43,228 nucleotides of DNA, from assembly GCA_903930425.1 (NCBI GenBank), contig CAIYYV010000216.1, forward strand, positions 1 to 43,228, read 5' to 3'. The position numbers and the translations under genes were made by a program. The notes beneath the pieces are model-generated. The model worked only from the letters and a program-made list of their open reading frames with translations. It ran no database searches and was not told where the DNA came from. How positions within the stretch are numbered: the first letter of the stretch is position 1; every line of letters starts with the position of its first letter. Below are positions 9,296 to 18,722 of the stretch, piece by piece. The stretch comes from Akkermansiaceae bacterium. GTDB taxonomy: Bacteria; Verrucomicrobiota; Verrucomicrobiia; Verrucomicrobiales; Akkermansiaceae.

Positions 9296-10465
9296 ATGCG
9301 TCCCTGGCTCGTTGCCAGCCTGTGTCTCGCGGCCAGCTGTCAAAAAAAATCTGACATCCAAGTGATTCAGGACATCAAGACTCACGCGTCCGCCGATTGG
9401 CAAACGCAGAACTGGCCGATGACGCGAGGTGGAACGTCACTCCAAGGGACAGTGCGGGACCGGGTGCCGCAGCAGCCAAGCGTCGAATGGACTTTCAACT
9501 CGAAAGCCCCCATTACCTCGGAAGTCGTGATTTCTAACGGGTTGGCGGTGTTCGGAAATGGTGAAGGCGCGGTGATAGCGGTCGATTTAAAAATGAAACG
9601 GGAGCGCTGGCGGTTAGAAACAAAAGATTCGGTCGATGCAACCCCGGCAATTTTCGGCGACCGCGTGTTTGCTGGGTCGAACGACGGCGTATTTCGCGCC
9701 ATTGACCTCCAGACCGGCAAGGAAATCTGGCGGGTCAAGGGGCTGGAGAAGTTTCCAACCGGGGCAGTGCTGACCACCAGTCCGGACGGCACTGGCGAAT
9801 GGGTTCTCGTCAATGGTTATGACGGCATGACGCGCTGTCTGAAAAGCCAGGACGGATCGCTGGTATGGCAACACCAAACGGACGACTATATCAATGGCTC
9901 GCCCGTTATCCTCGATGGTGGCTTGCTTGCCTTCGGTGGCTGTGATTCCCGGATCCATGTGATTCACCTCAATGACGGGTCGCCATTGAACTCCTTGACC
10001 ACCGACGCTCAGGTCATCCGCTCGATTTCTGGTTGGGGCACCACGCTCTATGCGGTGAATTATGCCAACCAATTGGTGGCGGCAGACGCACGGGGCACCC
10101 AACTGACATGGCTGTATGAGTCCGGTGGCGCGCAGTTTCTCACGTGTCCGGCAGTCGATGAATCTCGGGTGTATGTTGGATCACGAGACAAGCATCTGCA
10201 CGCGGTGGATCGCCTGAGTGGAAAACCCGCGTGGAGTTTCAAGACTGGCGGCCGGGTGGAAAGTTCGCCCTTGGTGTTTGACGACGCGGTGGTGTTTGGT
10301 TCTAACGACGGGCGCATGTATGCAGTCAACAAACACGACGGACTCGAAATCTGGCGGCTGGACCTCGGTGAAAACCTGCCTAACGCCCCCGCATTTGCCG
10401 CAGGACGACTGGTGATCGGAGGCGCGGACGGCACACTGTTTGTAATCCGTGGAGGAAATCAATGA
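9296..10465 (+). CDS. PQQ-like beta-propeller repeat (BamB-like) lipoprotein
   Basis: Repeated A(V/I)D..(T/S)G...W motifs and SSP/ATP strands; WPMTRGG; lipobox-like MRPWLVASLCLAAS-C from ATG 9296 (alternative start 9188). Confidence 0.85.
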   Translation: MRPWLVASLCLAASCQKKSDIQVIQDIKTHASADWQTQNWPMTRGGTSLQGTVRDRVPQQPSVEWTFNSKAPITSEVVISNGLAVFGNGEGAVIAVDLKMKRERWRLETKDSVDATPAIFGDRVFAGSNDGVFRAIDLQTGKEIWRVKGLEKFPTGAVLTTSPDGTGEWVLVNGYDGMTRCLKSQDGSLVWQHQTDDYINGSPVILDGGLLAFGGCDSRIHVIHLNDGSPLNSLTTDAQVIRSISGWGTTLYAVNYANQLVAADARGTQLTWLYESGGAQFLTCPAVDESRVYVGSRDKHLHAVDRLSGKPAWSFKTGGRVESSPLVFDDAVVFGSNDGRMYAVNKHDGLEIWRLDLGENLPNAPAFAAGRLVIGGADGTLFVIRGGNQ

Positions 10466-11853
10466 TGAACGGACGCCTCAAAATCGTTTTTCTAACACCC
10501 GGCACGGGTGGCTGGTATTGTGGTGCCTGCATGAGGGACAACGCACTGGCGAAATCGCTCCAAGCCGCCGGGCACGACGTGTCCCTTCTGCCGATGTATC
10601 TTCCCTTGATGTTAGACGAGGAGGTTTTGGATAACGGGCATGTGGCTCCAGTCTTTTTTGGCGGAATCAACATGTATCTTCAGCAAAAAATTGCTGCTTT
10701 CCGCCATGTGCCAGAGCGCTTGTGCCAACTGCTCGACCATCCACGGCTGCTGCGCCGGGTCGCACGGCACAGCCACATGACCTCGGCCCGCGATCACGGC
10801 GAACTGACGCTGGCCATGCTGCGCATGGAAAACCGCCGGTTTGACAAATCACTGGACCCGCTCATCACTTGGCTGAAACAGGAATCCCCGGACATCCTCT
10901 GCCTCTCCACCGCATTGCAAGCCGGACTGATCCGCACCTTGAAACATCACTTGAATGTGAAAATCATCTGCTGCTTCCAGGGTGAAGATTCATTTCTCGA
11001 TGGCCTGCCCGCTCCATTCCACGACGCTTGCTGGCACGAGTTGGCACTTCGGGTTCGGGAAGCCGATGCCCTTGTTTCGCCAAGCGCCTTTTATGCGGAT
11101 CTCATGAATCAACGGCTCGGACCCGGGAAGATGATGATTTCCGTGATCCCTAACGGAATTGACCTGCGCGGATACTCGCCTCTCACAGTCAAGCCGGGGC
11201 CGCCGGTGATTGGATTTTTGGCGCGGATGACGCAGGAAAAGGGCCTGGAGATTCTGGTGGATGCATTTATCCACCTGCGCACGGTGTTGGGTCACCCCGA
11301 TGCCCTCTTGCATCTGGCCGGAGCTGCAACCCCGGAAAACCAAGCCCTGATCGAATCATTGCAGCTACGCCTCACCGCAGCCGGCCTGGCAGATCAGGCA
11401 CGCTGGCAAACGAACCTTTCTCGTGACGAGAAAACAGAGATGCTCAGGTCTCTCACTTTGTTTTCTGTCCCTGCGATCTATCAGGAGGCATTCGGCTTGT
11501 ATGTGATAGAAGCACTGGCGTCAGGCGTGCCAGTCGTGCAACCCGCTACGGCCGCATTCCCTGAAATCATCAAAACCGCCGGCGTCGGCGTGCTTGTGCC
11601 CTTTGTGCATCACGACCCGCAAGACACCCAACCCAGCCACTCGGCCTCCCCATCACCCAACCCGAACTCAATCGCGCTGGCGCAGGCGTGGCTCGAATGC
11701 TTGCAACAACCGAACAAGCTGCCTGGATTGGCGGCGGCGAGTCGTCGGGCGGCCGAGCAGTTCTATGATGTCTCGGTGATGCGCGATCATTTTCTTGAAT
11801 TGGCGCGAGCGATCTCCGGCGTGACAGGCGGTCCTTCATCACCTTCAATTTGA
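10462..11853 (+). CDS. Glycosyltransferase family 4 with an N-terminal CxxC motif
   Basis: VIPNGID, IGFLARMTQEKG and EAFGLYVIEALASGVPVV (ExxxxxxxE); N-terminus PGTGGWYCGACMRDN; ATGA overlap with the upstream gene. Confidence 0.9.
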   Translation: MMNGRLKIVFLTPGTGGWYCGACMRDNALAKSLQAAGHDVSLLPMYLPLMLDEEVLDNGHVAPVFFGGINMYLQQKIAAFRHVPERLCQLLDHPRLLRRVARHSHMTSARDHGELTLAMLRMENRRFDKSLDPLITWLKQESPDILCLSTALQAGLIRTLKHHLNVKIICCFQGEDSFLDGLPAPFHDACWHELALRVREADALVSPSAFYADLMNQRLGPGKMMISVIPNGIDLRGYSPLTVKPGPPVIGFLARMTQEKGLEILVDAFIHLRTVLGHPDALLHLAGAATPENQALIESLQLRLTAAGLADQARWQTNLSRDEKTEMLRSLTLFSVPAIYQEAFGLYVIEALASGVPVVQPATAAFPEIIKTAGVGVLVPFVHHDPQDTQPSHSASPSPNPNSIALAQAWLECLQQPNKLPGLAAASRRAAEQFYDVSVMRDHFLELARAISGVTGGPSSPSI

Positions 11854-11886
11854 CTTTTCCCATACGATCTCTATCGATCCATCGCC

Positions 11887-13476
11887 ATGCCCAGCATCGT
11901 CATCGACCAACAAAAGATTGTCGCCAAGCCCGGTGAGACGATCCTTCAGGCGGCGCGTGCTGCGGGCATTGAGATTCCCACCTTGTGTTATCTGGACGGC
12001 TGCGAAGCGGGCGCATCATGCATGGTCTGCGCCGTCAAACTCAAACACAGCGGACAATTCATCCCGGCCTGCGCCTCCCGCGCCGTCGATGGAATGGAGA
12101 TCGAACACGACACACCGGAAGTGCGCGAAACCCGCCGTTTGGCCCTCGAGTTGTTATTTAGCGATCACCTCGGCGATTGCCTGTCGCCGTGTCAGAGGAT
12201 TTGTCCAGCACACCTCGGCATCCCTGCCGTGCTCAACCACATCCGAAACGGAAATTTTGGCAGCGCCGCCGCGTCCATTCGCCATGACTTGCCACTCGCG
12301 GCTATCCTTTGCCGCATCTGCCACCGACCCTGCGAGCACGGTTGCCGCCGTGGCGTCCATGACGGCGCGGTCGCCATCGCCGACCTCGTCACCCACGCGA
12401 TCGATATGGAAATCGCCGCAGGCGCAGCCCGAGTGCCCGCGTATCTACCCACGCCCCATGCCAAGGTCGCCATCATCGGCTCTGGATTCACCGGCCTGAG
12501 CGCCGCATGGTTTCTCCAAAAAAATGGCTATGCCTGCACCGTGATCGATGAAAACCCGCTCGCCGCTGCGACCATTCGAACGGCTCTCCCCGATCTGCCA
12601 GAAAACCTGCTAGACACTGAAGTAAACCTGCTAGAACGCGCGGGCGTCACCTTCCGCCTCTCAACCCGGATCGACGGAATCGCCGCGCTCACTCAACTGA
12701 CAAAAGGATTCGACGCGGTCCTGCTCGCCATCGGTCCGACCGCCCACACGCAGGCCGTCGCGTTTGGGCTCGCCACTGATGGCCAGAAGCTGGCAGCAGA
12801 CAAGCATTCGATGATGAGCTCCCAGGCCGGTATTTTTGTGGCGGGCCGCGCCGTGCGTCCTCACGGGCAGCCGCTGAGTTCGGTTGCCGATGGCAAGGCG
12901 GTTGCGGTCTGCATCCAGCAGCACCTCACGCATCAACGAGTCTCCCGCCCACCCAAACCCTTCAGCATCTTCATGGGCAAAGTGCTCGATGCTGAACTTC
13001 CCGATTTCCTCAAAGAAGTGAATGCCGGCGGACGCAATCACGCGGGCGCAATGGCCGTCGACATCGAGCGCGCCATTGATGAGTCCAAGCGCTGCGTTCA
13101 TTGCAATTGTGAAAAGGCTGGGACCTGCAAGCTACGTGAATTGGCGATCGACTATGAGGTCAACCCACACCGTTTCAGCGGAGGCGAGCGCATGCACTAT
13201 CAACGCAACGTCGAGCACCCGATGGTCTGCTTCGAGGCGGGCAAGTGCATCCGCTGCGGCAACTGCATCCAAATCGCCGGCCAGCACAAGGAAACACTGG
13301 GCCTCACCTTCATCGGCCGCGGGTTCAATGTGCGACTCGGTGTGCCCTTCGACGCCACCATGGGCGATGGTCTGCGGGAGGCCGCTCGCGCCGCAGTTGA
13401 GGCCTGTCCAACCGGAGCCTTGACCCTGCGCCAACCCATCCATGATTGTCCCTCAGACCTGAAAGGTTCTCTCTAA
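11887..13476 (+). CDS. Multi Fe-S / FAD oxidoreductase (NuoG-like 2Fe-2S domain + GltD-like domain + C-terminal ferredoxin domain)
   Basis: IPTLC...SCMVC...PAC (2Fe-2S); CLSPCQRICP and CRICHRPCEHGCRR (GltD Fe-S); IIGSGFTG (FAD); RCVHCNC...C; KCIRCGNC...CPTGAL. Confidence 0.85.
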   Translation: MPSIVIDQQKIVAKPGETILQAARAAGIEIPTLCYLDGCEAGASCMVCAVKLKHSGQFIPACASRAVDGMEIEHDTPEVRETRRLALELLFSDHLGDCLSPCQRICPAHLGIPAVLNHIRNGNFGSAAASIRHDLPLAAILCRICHRPCEHGCRRGVHDGAVAIADLVTHAIDMEIAAGAARVPAYLPTPHAKVAIIGSGFTGLSAAWFLQKNGYACTVIDENPLAAATIRTALPDLPENLLDTEVNLLERAGVTFRLSTRIDGIAALTQLTKGFDAVLLAIGPTAHTQAVAFGLATDGQKLAADKHSMMSSQAGIFVAGRAVRPHGQPLSSVADGKAVAVCIQQHLTHQRVSRPPKPFSIFMGKVLDAELPDFLKEVNAGGRNHAGAMAVDIERAIDESKRCVHCNCEKAGTCKLRELAIDYEVNPHRFSGGERMHYQRNVEHPMVCFEAGKCIRCGNCIQIAGQHKETLGLTFIGRGFNVRLGVPFDATMGDGLREAARAAVEACPTGALTLRQPIHDCPSDLKGSL

Positions 13477-13497
13477 GCCACCCTCATTGATTGCCTC

Positions 13498-14571
13498 GTG
13501 GACTATTCCGCCCTCATTGCCAAACGCCGCGATCGCTTCTCCGAATTGGAGGAAGCCATAGGCGACCCTAACTTATTTGACGAGCCGAAGCGTGCCACCG
13601 AGATGCTGCGCGAACACCGGAAAATCCAGCAGACCCTCGACCTCTGGGAAAACCTCCAAACCGCCAAGCAACAACTAGCCGACAACCAAGAACTCGCAAA
13701 ATCTATCGACCCGGAATTCGCCACCATGGCCGACGAAGAAATTCCCGTCCTTGAGGCCCGCATCACCACGCTTTCGACCGACCTCCAATACGCCCTGCTT
13801 CCGGCTGACCCCGACGAGGATCGCGACGCACTCATTGAAATCCGCGCAGGTGCCGGTGGCGACGAAGCCTCGCTTTTTGCTGCGGAATTGATGCGCGTCT
13901 ATCAGCGCTACGCGGATCTCCGCGGATGGAAATGCGAGCACCTCGAAAGCAGCCCGTCCGATGTCGGCGGCTTCAAGGAAGTCATCCTCAAAGTCACCGG
14001 CGACGAGGTTTTCCGCTACCTGAAATATGAATCCGGCGTCCACCGCGTCCAGCGCGTGCCGTCCACCGAAACCCAGGGCCGCATCCACACGTCCACGATC
14101 ACCGTGGCCGTCCTCCCCGAAGCCGAGGAAGTCGATGTCGAAATCAAACCCGACGACCTCCGGATCGAAGTCTGCCGCTCGGGCGGTGCCGGCGGCCAAC
14201 ACGTCAACCGCACCGAATCCGCCGTGCAGATCTTCCACCTGCCGACCGGCATCTATGTGCGCTGCGAGGAAGGCCGTTCGCAGATCAAAAACAAGGAACT
14301 CGCCCTGAAAATCCTCCGCTCCAAACTCTACGAACAAAAACTCCGCGACCAGCAGGACGCCTACAGCACCCACCGCCGCTCACTCATCGGCTCAGGCGAC
14401 CGCTCGGAAAAAATCCGCACCTATCACTTCCCGCAATCGCGCGTCACCGACCACCGGATCGGCCTCACCTCACACAACCTCGCCGGCATCATGGCCGGCG
14501 ACCTGTCCGAATTCACCGCCGCCCTCCAAAAAGCCGAAATGGCCGAACGGCTTGCGGAAGCCGGGATGTGA
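13498..14571 (+). CDS. prfA: Peptide chain release factor 1
   Basis: EIRAGAGGDEA, ESGVHRVQRVPSTETQGRIHTS (PxT motif of RF1), GGQ and DRSEKIRTY; GTG start. Confidence 0.97.
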   Translation: MDYSALIAKRRDRFSELEEAIGDPNLFDEPKRATEMLREHRKIQQTLDLWENLQTAKQQLADNQELAKSIDPEFATMADEEIPVLEARITTLSTDLQYALLPADPDEDRDALIEIRAGAGGDEASLFAAELMRVYQRYADLRGWKCEHLESSPSDVGGFKEVILKVTGDEVFRYLKYESGVHRVQRVPSTETQGRIHTSTITVAVLPEAEEVDVEIKPDDLRIEVCRSGGAGGQHVNRTESAVQIFHLPTGIYVRCEEGRSQIKNKELALKILRSKLYEQKLRDQQDAYSTHRRSLIGSGDRSEKIRTYHFPQSRVTDHRIGLTSHNLAGIMAGDLSEFTAALQKAEMAERLAEAGM

Positions 14572-14579
14572 GGCCGGGC

Positions 14580-16790
14580 TCAATCCAGCCAGATGCTGGC
14601 GCGAGGTTTGAGGGAAACCTTGCTGGCCTTCCCGTCACCCCGAAACACAGTGGTCGATTGCGGCAGATCCGAGTGATTCACGATCACAAGGCGCTTGCTC
14701 CCCGGATACCATGCACAATCGGTTAGAGGATTGGAACAGAACCACTTCTTGAGTTCTCGCTCTTTGCCCGCTGCCCAAAAAATCGCCCGGTGAAGCAAGC
14801 GCGCGTTCGTGAGATCGTATGGCAACGCGCCGAAATATACCGACCGGCCATTGCCATAGGATTTGGCGGCAGCCATCACGTGCAGCCCGTTGGCGGCGAG
14901 CAACTCGACCGCCGGATCGCAGACATAGATATACGTTTCATGCGTGCCGAAATCCGCAGCACCCCCAAGATCTGCAGTGATGAAGTGCTGGCCAAGCACC
15001 TGCGAAGGAACCACCGCAGATTGCAAGGTGCGCCCGGTTTCCTTGTCCACCCCCATGACATCCGCAAGTTGAAAATATCGACCGTTCTGCTGACAGGCCG
15101 TCGGCCCGCGGCATCCGATAAAACCACCGCCCTTGTGAATGAATTCGCGGACTCTAGCAGCCACCTTCGGGTTCACCCACCAGCGTCCCCCACTCCAAGC
15201 GGTCTCCGCGTCGCCGTCATTGATGATCACATCAATGTCCTTCGGAATGCCCGATCTTTCCACTTCGTCAAAACTCAGGAAACGAACCCCAACCGGTAGA
15301 CCAGCCAAACATTCTAACAGGTTTGTGCCCGCCACCTGAATCACGTCGGGGCGCTTGACCAAAAACTTTTGCGGTGCACCGAAGCTGTTGATCCACGCCT
15401 TCCAATTTCCCCACGCATTGAGCACCGCCACTTGGATCGGTGCCTTTTGGGATTCGCCACCGCCGGAATTCTCCTTGAACGAGCGGAACTCGTCGCACAA
15501 GGCGGCCACATGATCGACGAACTCCGGAAACTTGAGAGCCAGACTCAGATAGCCGCCATAACCCAAACGATCGATCGGCATGCGCAACAACGCACGACGG
15601 ATCTTGATCCAATTGGAAATCGATTCACCCAACGGGTCACCGCCTTCACGGAAGACGTCCGGAAAGAAATACGGATAGAGTCGCAACTCCTTCACCAGGC
15701 CGCCCGGAGTGTCTGAAATTCGCCTCAATGCCACGCCGTCCTCCGCGGCACCGACGTGGATGTCGATGCCCATTTTAAGGAACCCCGGAAGGTAGGGCTC
15801 GACACCGATCCAGTGGTCGCCCCAAAAAATCGCGGTTTTCTTGCCGACCTTGTGGGCCTTGTCCGAGAGGGCCTTGCCAAACTTGACGACGAACTTGTGG
15901 ATAAACTTCATCCACGCGAGATAGCGATCCGATGGCACGCGGCAGGCGGCATTGTAGTATCCTTCATCGACGAAATCTTCGGCACGCAGGCGATAACCGT
16001 GCTCCTTGGCGAAGTCTTCCAAGGCTGGCACGCTCAGCGTGTCTTGATAGCCGGTCCAATCACGGAATTTGTCCACCGCCTCCCGGTCGGAATCCACCGC
16101 GAAGTGATACGCAAGCGTCGTGAGGCGGACAACGTCGGTTTGTGGATGACTTTCCAGATACCGATCGTAATACGCCATCAGATGGTTCCAGCACTCTTTG
16201 TGATAGGGATCCACGCTGATGACGTGTGGCTTGTCCCAGTTGTTAGTGAGATGGTTATACATCGAGGTCGTGTCCCAAATCTGGAACACGAGGAAATTCA
16301 CGGTGTATACATGGAATGGAATCGTCCCGGATATGCGGACACTACCGGATTCCGGATCGAGCCTCCACTTCGACACCGGAACCACATCGCCGGTCGTCCG
16401 ATCAATCACTTCCCAGTATTTCTTTGACGGGTGTTTGAGATCGATCACGTATTTTTCACCATAGAATCCACTCATGGGATCGATCACCAGCGATTTACCG
16501 GTGGCCGTGACCGGATCGGACATCAAAAACTTCTGCGGAAGCTGGTCCATGTGCTTGCGTGGATACACCTGCTCGGCGCGGACCAGACAGGTGGTCGAAT
16601 AAACTTCCAAGCCGAGATCGAACATTTCCTGAGAAAGCTCCGTGCCGTCGCTGTCGCGGATCGCATCCGCTCCCCACTTTTTGGCGAGTTCGACCACCAT
16701 GTGTTCTTCCCCGACCTCCGCAGGCAAGGTGATGAAACCTTTGAGCTTCGCGGAAGCGGCGGATTTTACGGAATGCTTTTTTGCGGACAT
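14580..16790 (-). CDS. gnpA: 1,3-beta-galactosyl-N-acetylhexosamine phosphorylase (GH112, GNB/LNB phosphorylase)
   Basis: KWGADAIRDSDGT, WEVIDRTTG, YTVNFL, MYNHLTNNW, FWGDHWIG, RLYPYFFPDVF and RLGYGGYLSLA are the GH112 signature. The exact acceptor specificity is not determinable by eye. Confidence 0.9.
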   Translation of the reverse strand: MSAKKHSVKSAASAKLKGFITLPAEVGEEHMVVELAKKWGADAIRDSDGTELSQEMFDLGLEVYSTTCLVRAEQVYPRKHMDQLPQKFLMSDPVTATGKSLVIDPMSGFYGEKYVIDLKHPSKKYWEVIDRTTGDVVPVSKWRLDPESGSVRISGTIPFHVYTVNFLVFQIWDTTSMYNHLTNNWDKPHVISVDPYHKECWNHLMAYYDRYLESHPQTDVVRLTTLAYHFAVDSDREAVDKFRDWTGYQDTLSVPALEDFAKEHGYRLRAEDFVDEGYYNAACRVPSDRYLAWMKFIHKFVVKFGKALSDKAHKVGKKTAIFWGDHWIGVEPYLPGFLKMGIDIHVGAAEDGVALRRISDTPGGLVKELRLYPYFFPDVFREGGDPLGESISNWIKIRRALLRMPIDRLGYGGYLSLALKFPEFVDHVAALCDEFRSFKENSGGGESQKAPIQVAVLNAWGNWKAWINSFGAPQKFLVKRPDVIQVAGTNLLECLAGLPVGVRFLSFDEVERSGIPKDIDVIINDGDAETAWSGGRWWVNPKVAARVREFIHKGGGFIGCRGPTACQQNGRYFQLADVMGVDKETGRTLQSAVVPSQVLGQHFITADLGGAADFGTHETYIYVCDPAVELLAANGLHVMAAAKSYGNGRSVYFGALPYDLTNARLLHRAIFWAAGKERELKKWFCSNPLTDCAWYPGSKRLVIVNHSDLPQSTTVFRGDGKASKVSLKPRASIWLD

Positions 16791-16911
16791 AGCGGGTGAA
16801 TAGAAGTGGGATGTGATGTGTTGAAAATGTTAGATCCTCGAATGAATAGCGATATCAATTTCTCTTCTCCTCAATGCACAATCGATGATCGCCATCGGCA
16901 AACCGTCGCTT

Positions 16912-18693
16912 TCAGTGACTCTGAGCGAAGTAGTCCTCAATTTCCTCAAGCGTTTTGCCTTTGGTCTCCGGCAGGAAAAAGGCGGAGGTGATGAAATAGA
17001 TCAACGTGCATCCGCACCAAATGAAGAACATGGCGGAAAACCCATAGTTCCCGACGACCATGGGAAAGAAGAATGCGCTGAGGAATTGCACGCCGGTGTT
17101 GAGCACCATGGCCACGCCGATACCCATCGACCGGATGCGGGTGGGCATCAACTCGGTGAGAGCAAGCCAAACGCACACGCCAGGCCCAACTGCAAAAAAC
17201 GCGATAAACGTGCAGAGAATCACCGTGATCCACAGGCCTGCGGTTTCAGACGGCACCGGCCCATATTTTGCCCGCAATATCGTGATTTTTCCTAAATCCC
17301 TCACCTGCGTCTGCTCCACTTTCCTGCCATCCACTAACACCCACTTCTTGTCGGCGAGCGGCTCGACGGTGAGAACGCGGGCCTTTTCATCCTTGGCGTT
17401 AGAAAATGCCGAGGCGATGCCTTTGCGGCAATAGCCCTCGCCGTTGTCATAGCTATAAAGAATGCTGAGCTGCCCAGGGGTGCCGCCATCGAGTTTGCCG
17501 AGGGTCGCTTCATTCACCTTCACAGAAAGCGTGCGGCCATCTGCGGAGATCCCCGCGTGGACCTGCGGGAGCACATCCACGCGCTTGGATTCAAAGCGGC
17601 TATAAAGCAGACCTGCGAAAAGCAGGGACAGGATGATACCGCCAGTGCCGATGGTGAGCAGGATTTTGCGTCCCGCTTTATCCACCAGCATGGCACCTAG
17701 CAAAGTCGTCACACAGTTGATGCCCGTGATGATCTGCAGATTCATTGCGGACTGCGCCTCGGTAAGCCCGGCCCCTTGAAGGATTTTTCCCGCATAGGAA
17801 AGAATGGATCCGATGCCGGTGGCCTGGGTGCAGGCAAGGACGATGCAGGCGAGAACAAAGGGCACGATGTATTTCCTTTGGAAAAGAGAATCCGCCGCCG
17901 CGCGCTTGCCGTCGTCAGGATTCTGAGTTCCGTGGTCCCTCATTTCCTGAAACTCTCGCATGGCCTGCTCCTCGGCACGGGACATGCGAAGAATGGCAAG
18001 TGCCTGCTCCGCGCGGTTCCGACGAAACAACCAACGGGGCGATTCCTTGAGAAAAAGCGCGCCAATGCTGAACAAGATTCCCGGAATGGATGCGACGAGA
18101 AACATGTTGCGCCACGCATCGTTGTCAGCCGCAAAAATCAACTCGGCATTGCCCATGGCCGCCGCTACCGCAGCATCATGGACGCCCGCGTAATGCCCGG
18201 CAATCCAAGCGGCAATCACAAAACCCAGTGTCATCATGAACTGAAACGCAGAAGTCCCGCGGCCACGCACATCTGACGGCAGGCACTCGGCCATGAAAAG
18301 TGGCACCACCACACAGATCACCCCGCCGGATAGGCCCATCAGAATCCGCCCAACCAACAATGAGCCAAAACCCGTGGCGACATAAATGAGCAGGATGCTC
18401 GTGACAAAAATCAGGCCGCCAGCCATCATCATCTTCTTTCGGCCAAGCCAATCTGCCAGGGCACCGGCAAACAACGCGGCAATCACACCACCGCCCACAT
18501 AAATGGAAACCATGAAGCCCTGCTGCACCTCGGACATCGGAATGGTCTTGTCCACATAAAGCAGGGCACCGGCGATGATTCCATAATCAATACCCGCTAA
18601 CAGGCCACCCATCCCGGATATGAAAATAAGAAACGGCAAATACCAGGACCTGAATTCACAGGCGACAACGGGCTTTTCCATAGATGAATTCAT
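16912..18693 (-). CDS. Sugar porter family MFS transporter with a large loop insertion
   Basis: GGLLAGIDYGII, ADWLGRKK, AECLPSDVRG, ESPRWL, VDKAGRK, ELMPTRIR and LPETKGKTLEEIE are sugar-porter motifs. Confidence 0.92.
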   Translation of the reverse strand: MNSSMEKPVVACEFRSWYLPFLIFISGMGGLLAGIDYGIIAGALLYVDKTIPMSEVQQGFMVSIYVGGGVIAALFAGALADWLGRKKMMMAGGLIFVTSILLIYVATGFGSLLVGRILMGLSGGVICVVVPLFMAECLPSDVRGRGTSAFQFMMTLGFVIAAWIAGHYAGVHDAAVAAAMGNAELIFAADNDAWRNMFLVASIPGILFSIGALFLKESPRWLFRRNRAEQALAILRMSRAEEQAMREFQEMRDHGTQNPDDGKRAAADSLFQRKYIVPFVLACIVLACTQATGIGSILSYAGKILQGAGLTEAQSAMNLQIITGINCVTTLLGAMLVDKAGRKILLTIGTGGIILSLLFAGLLYSRFESKRVDVLPQVHAGISADGRTLSVKVNEATLGKLDGGTPGQLSILYSYDNGEGYCRKGIASAFSNAKDEKARVLTVEPLADKKWVLVDGRKVEQTQVRDLGKITILRAKYGPVPSETAGLWITVILCTFIAFFAVGPGVCVWLALTELMPTRIRSMGIGVAMVLNTGVQFLSAFFFPMVVGNYGFSAMFFIWCGCTLIYFITSAFFLPETKGKTLEEIEDYFAQSH

Positions 18694-18722
18694 GATGAAT
18701 TGGATGTGAGTGATACAATGGA

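Noticed and set aside
9296-10465. True bamB or a PQQ-dependent dehydrogenase
   Set aside because: Only generic propeller repeats are visible; there is no bam/der context and no dehydrogenase-specific catalytic motif or size.
13498-14571. prfB with a programmed frameshift
   Set aside because: The ORF is continuous and has the PxT (PST) motif of RF1, not SPF.
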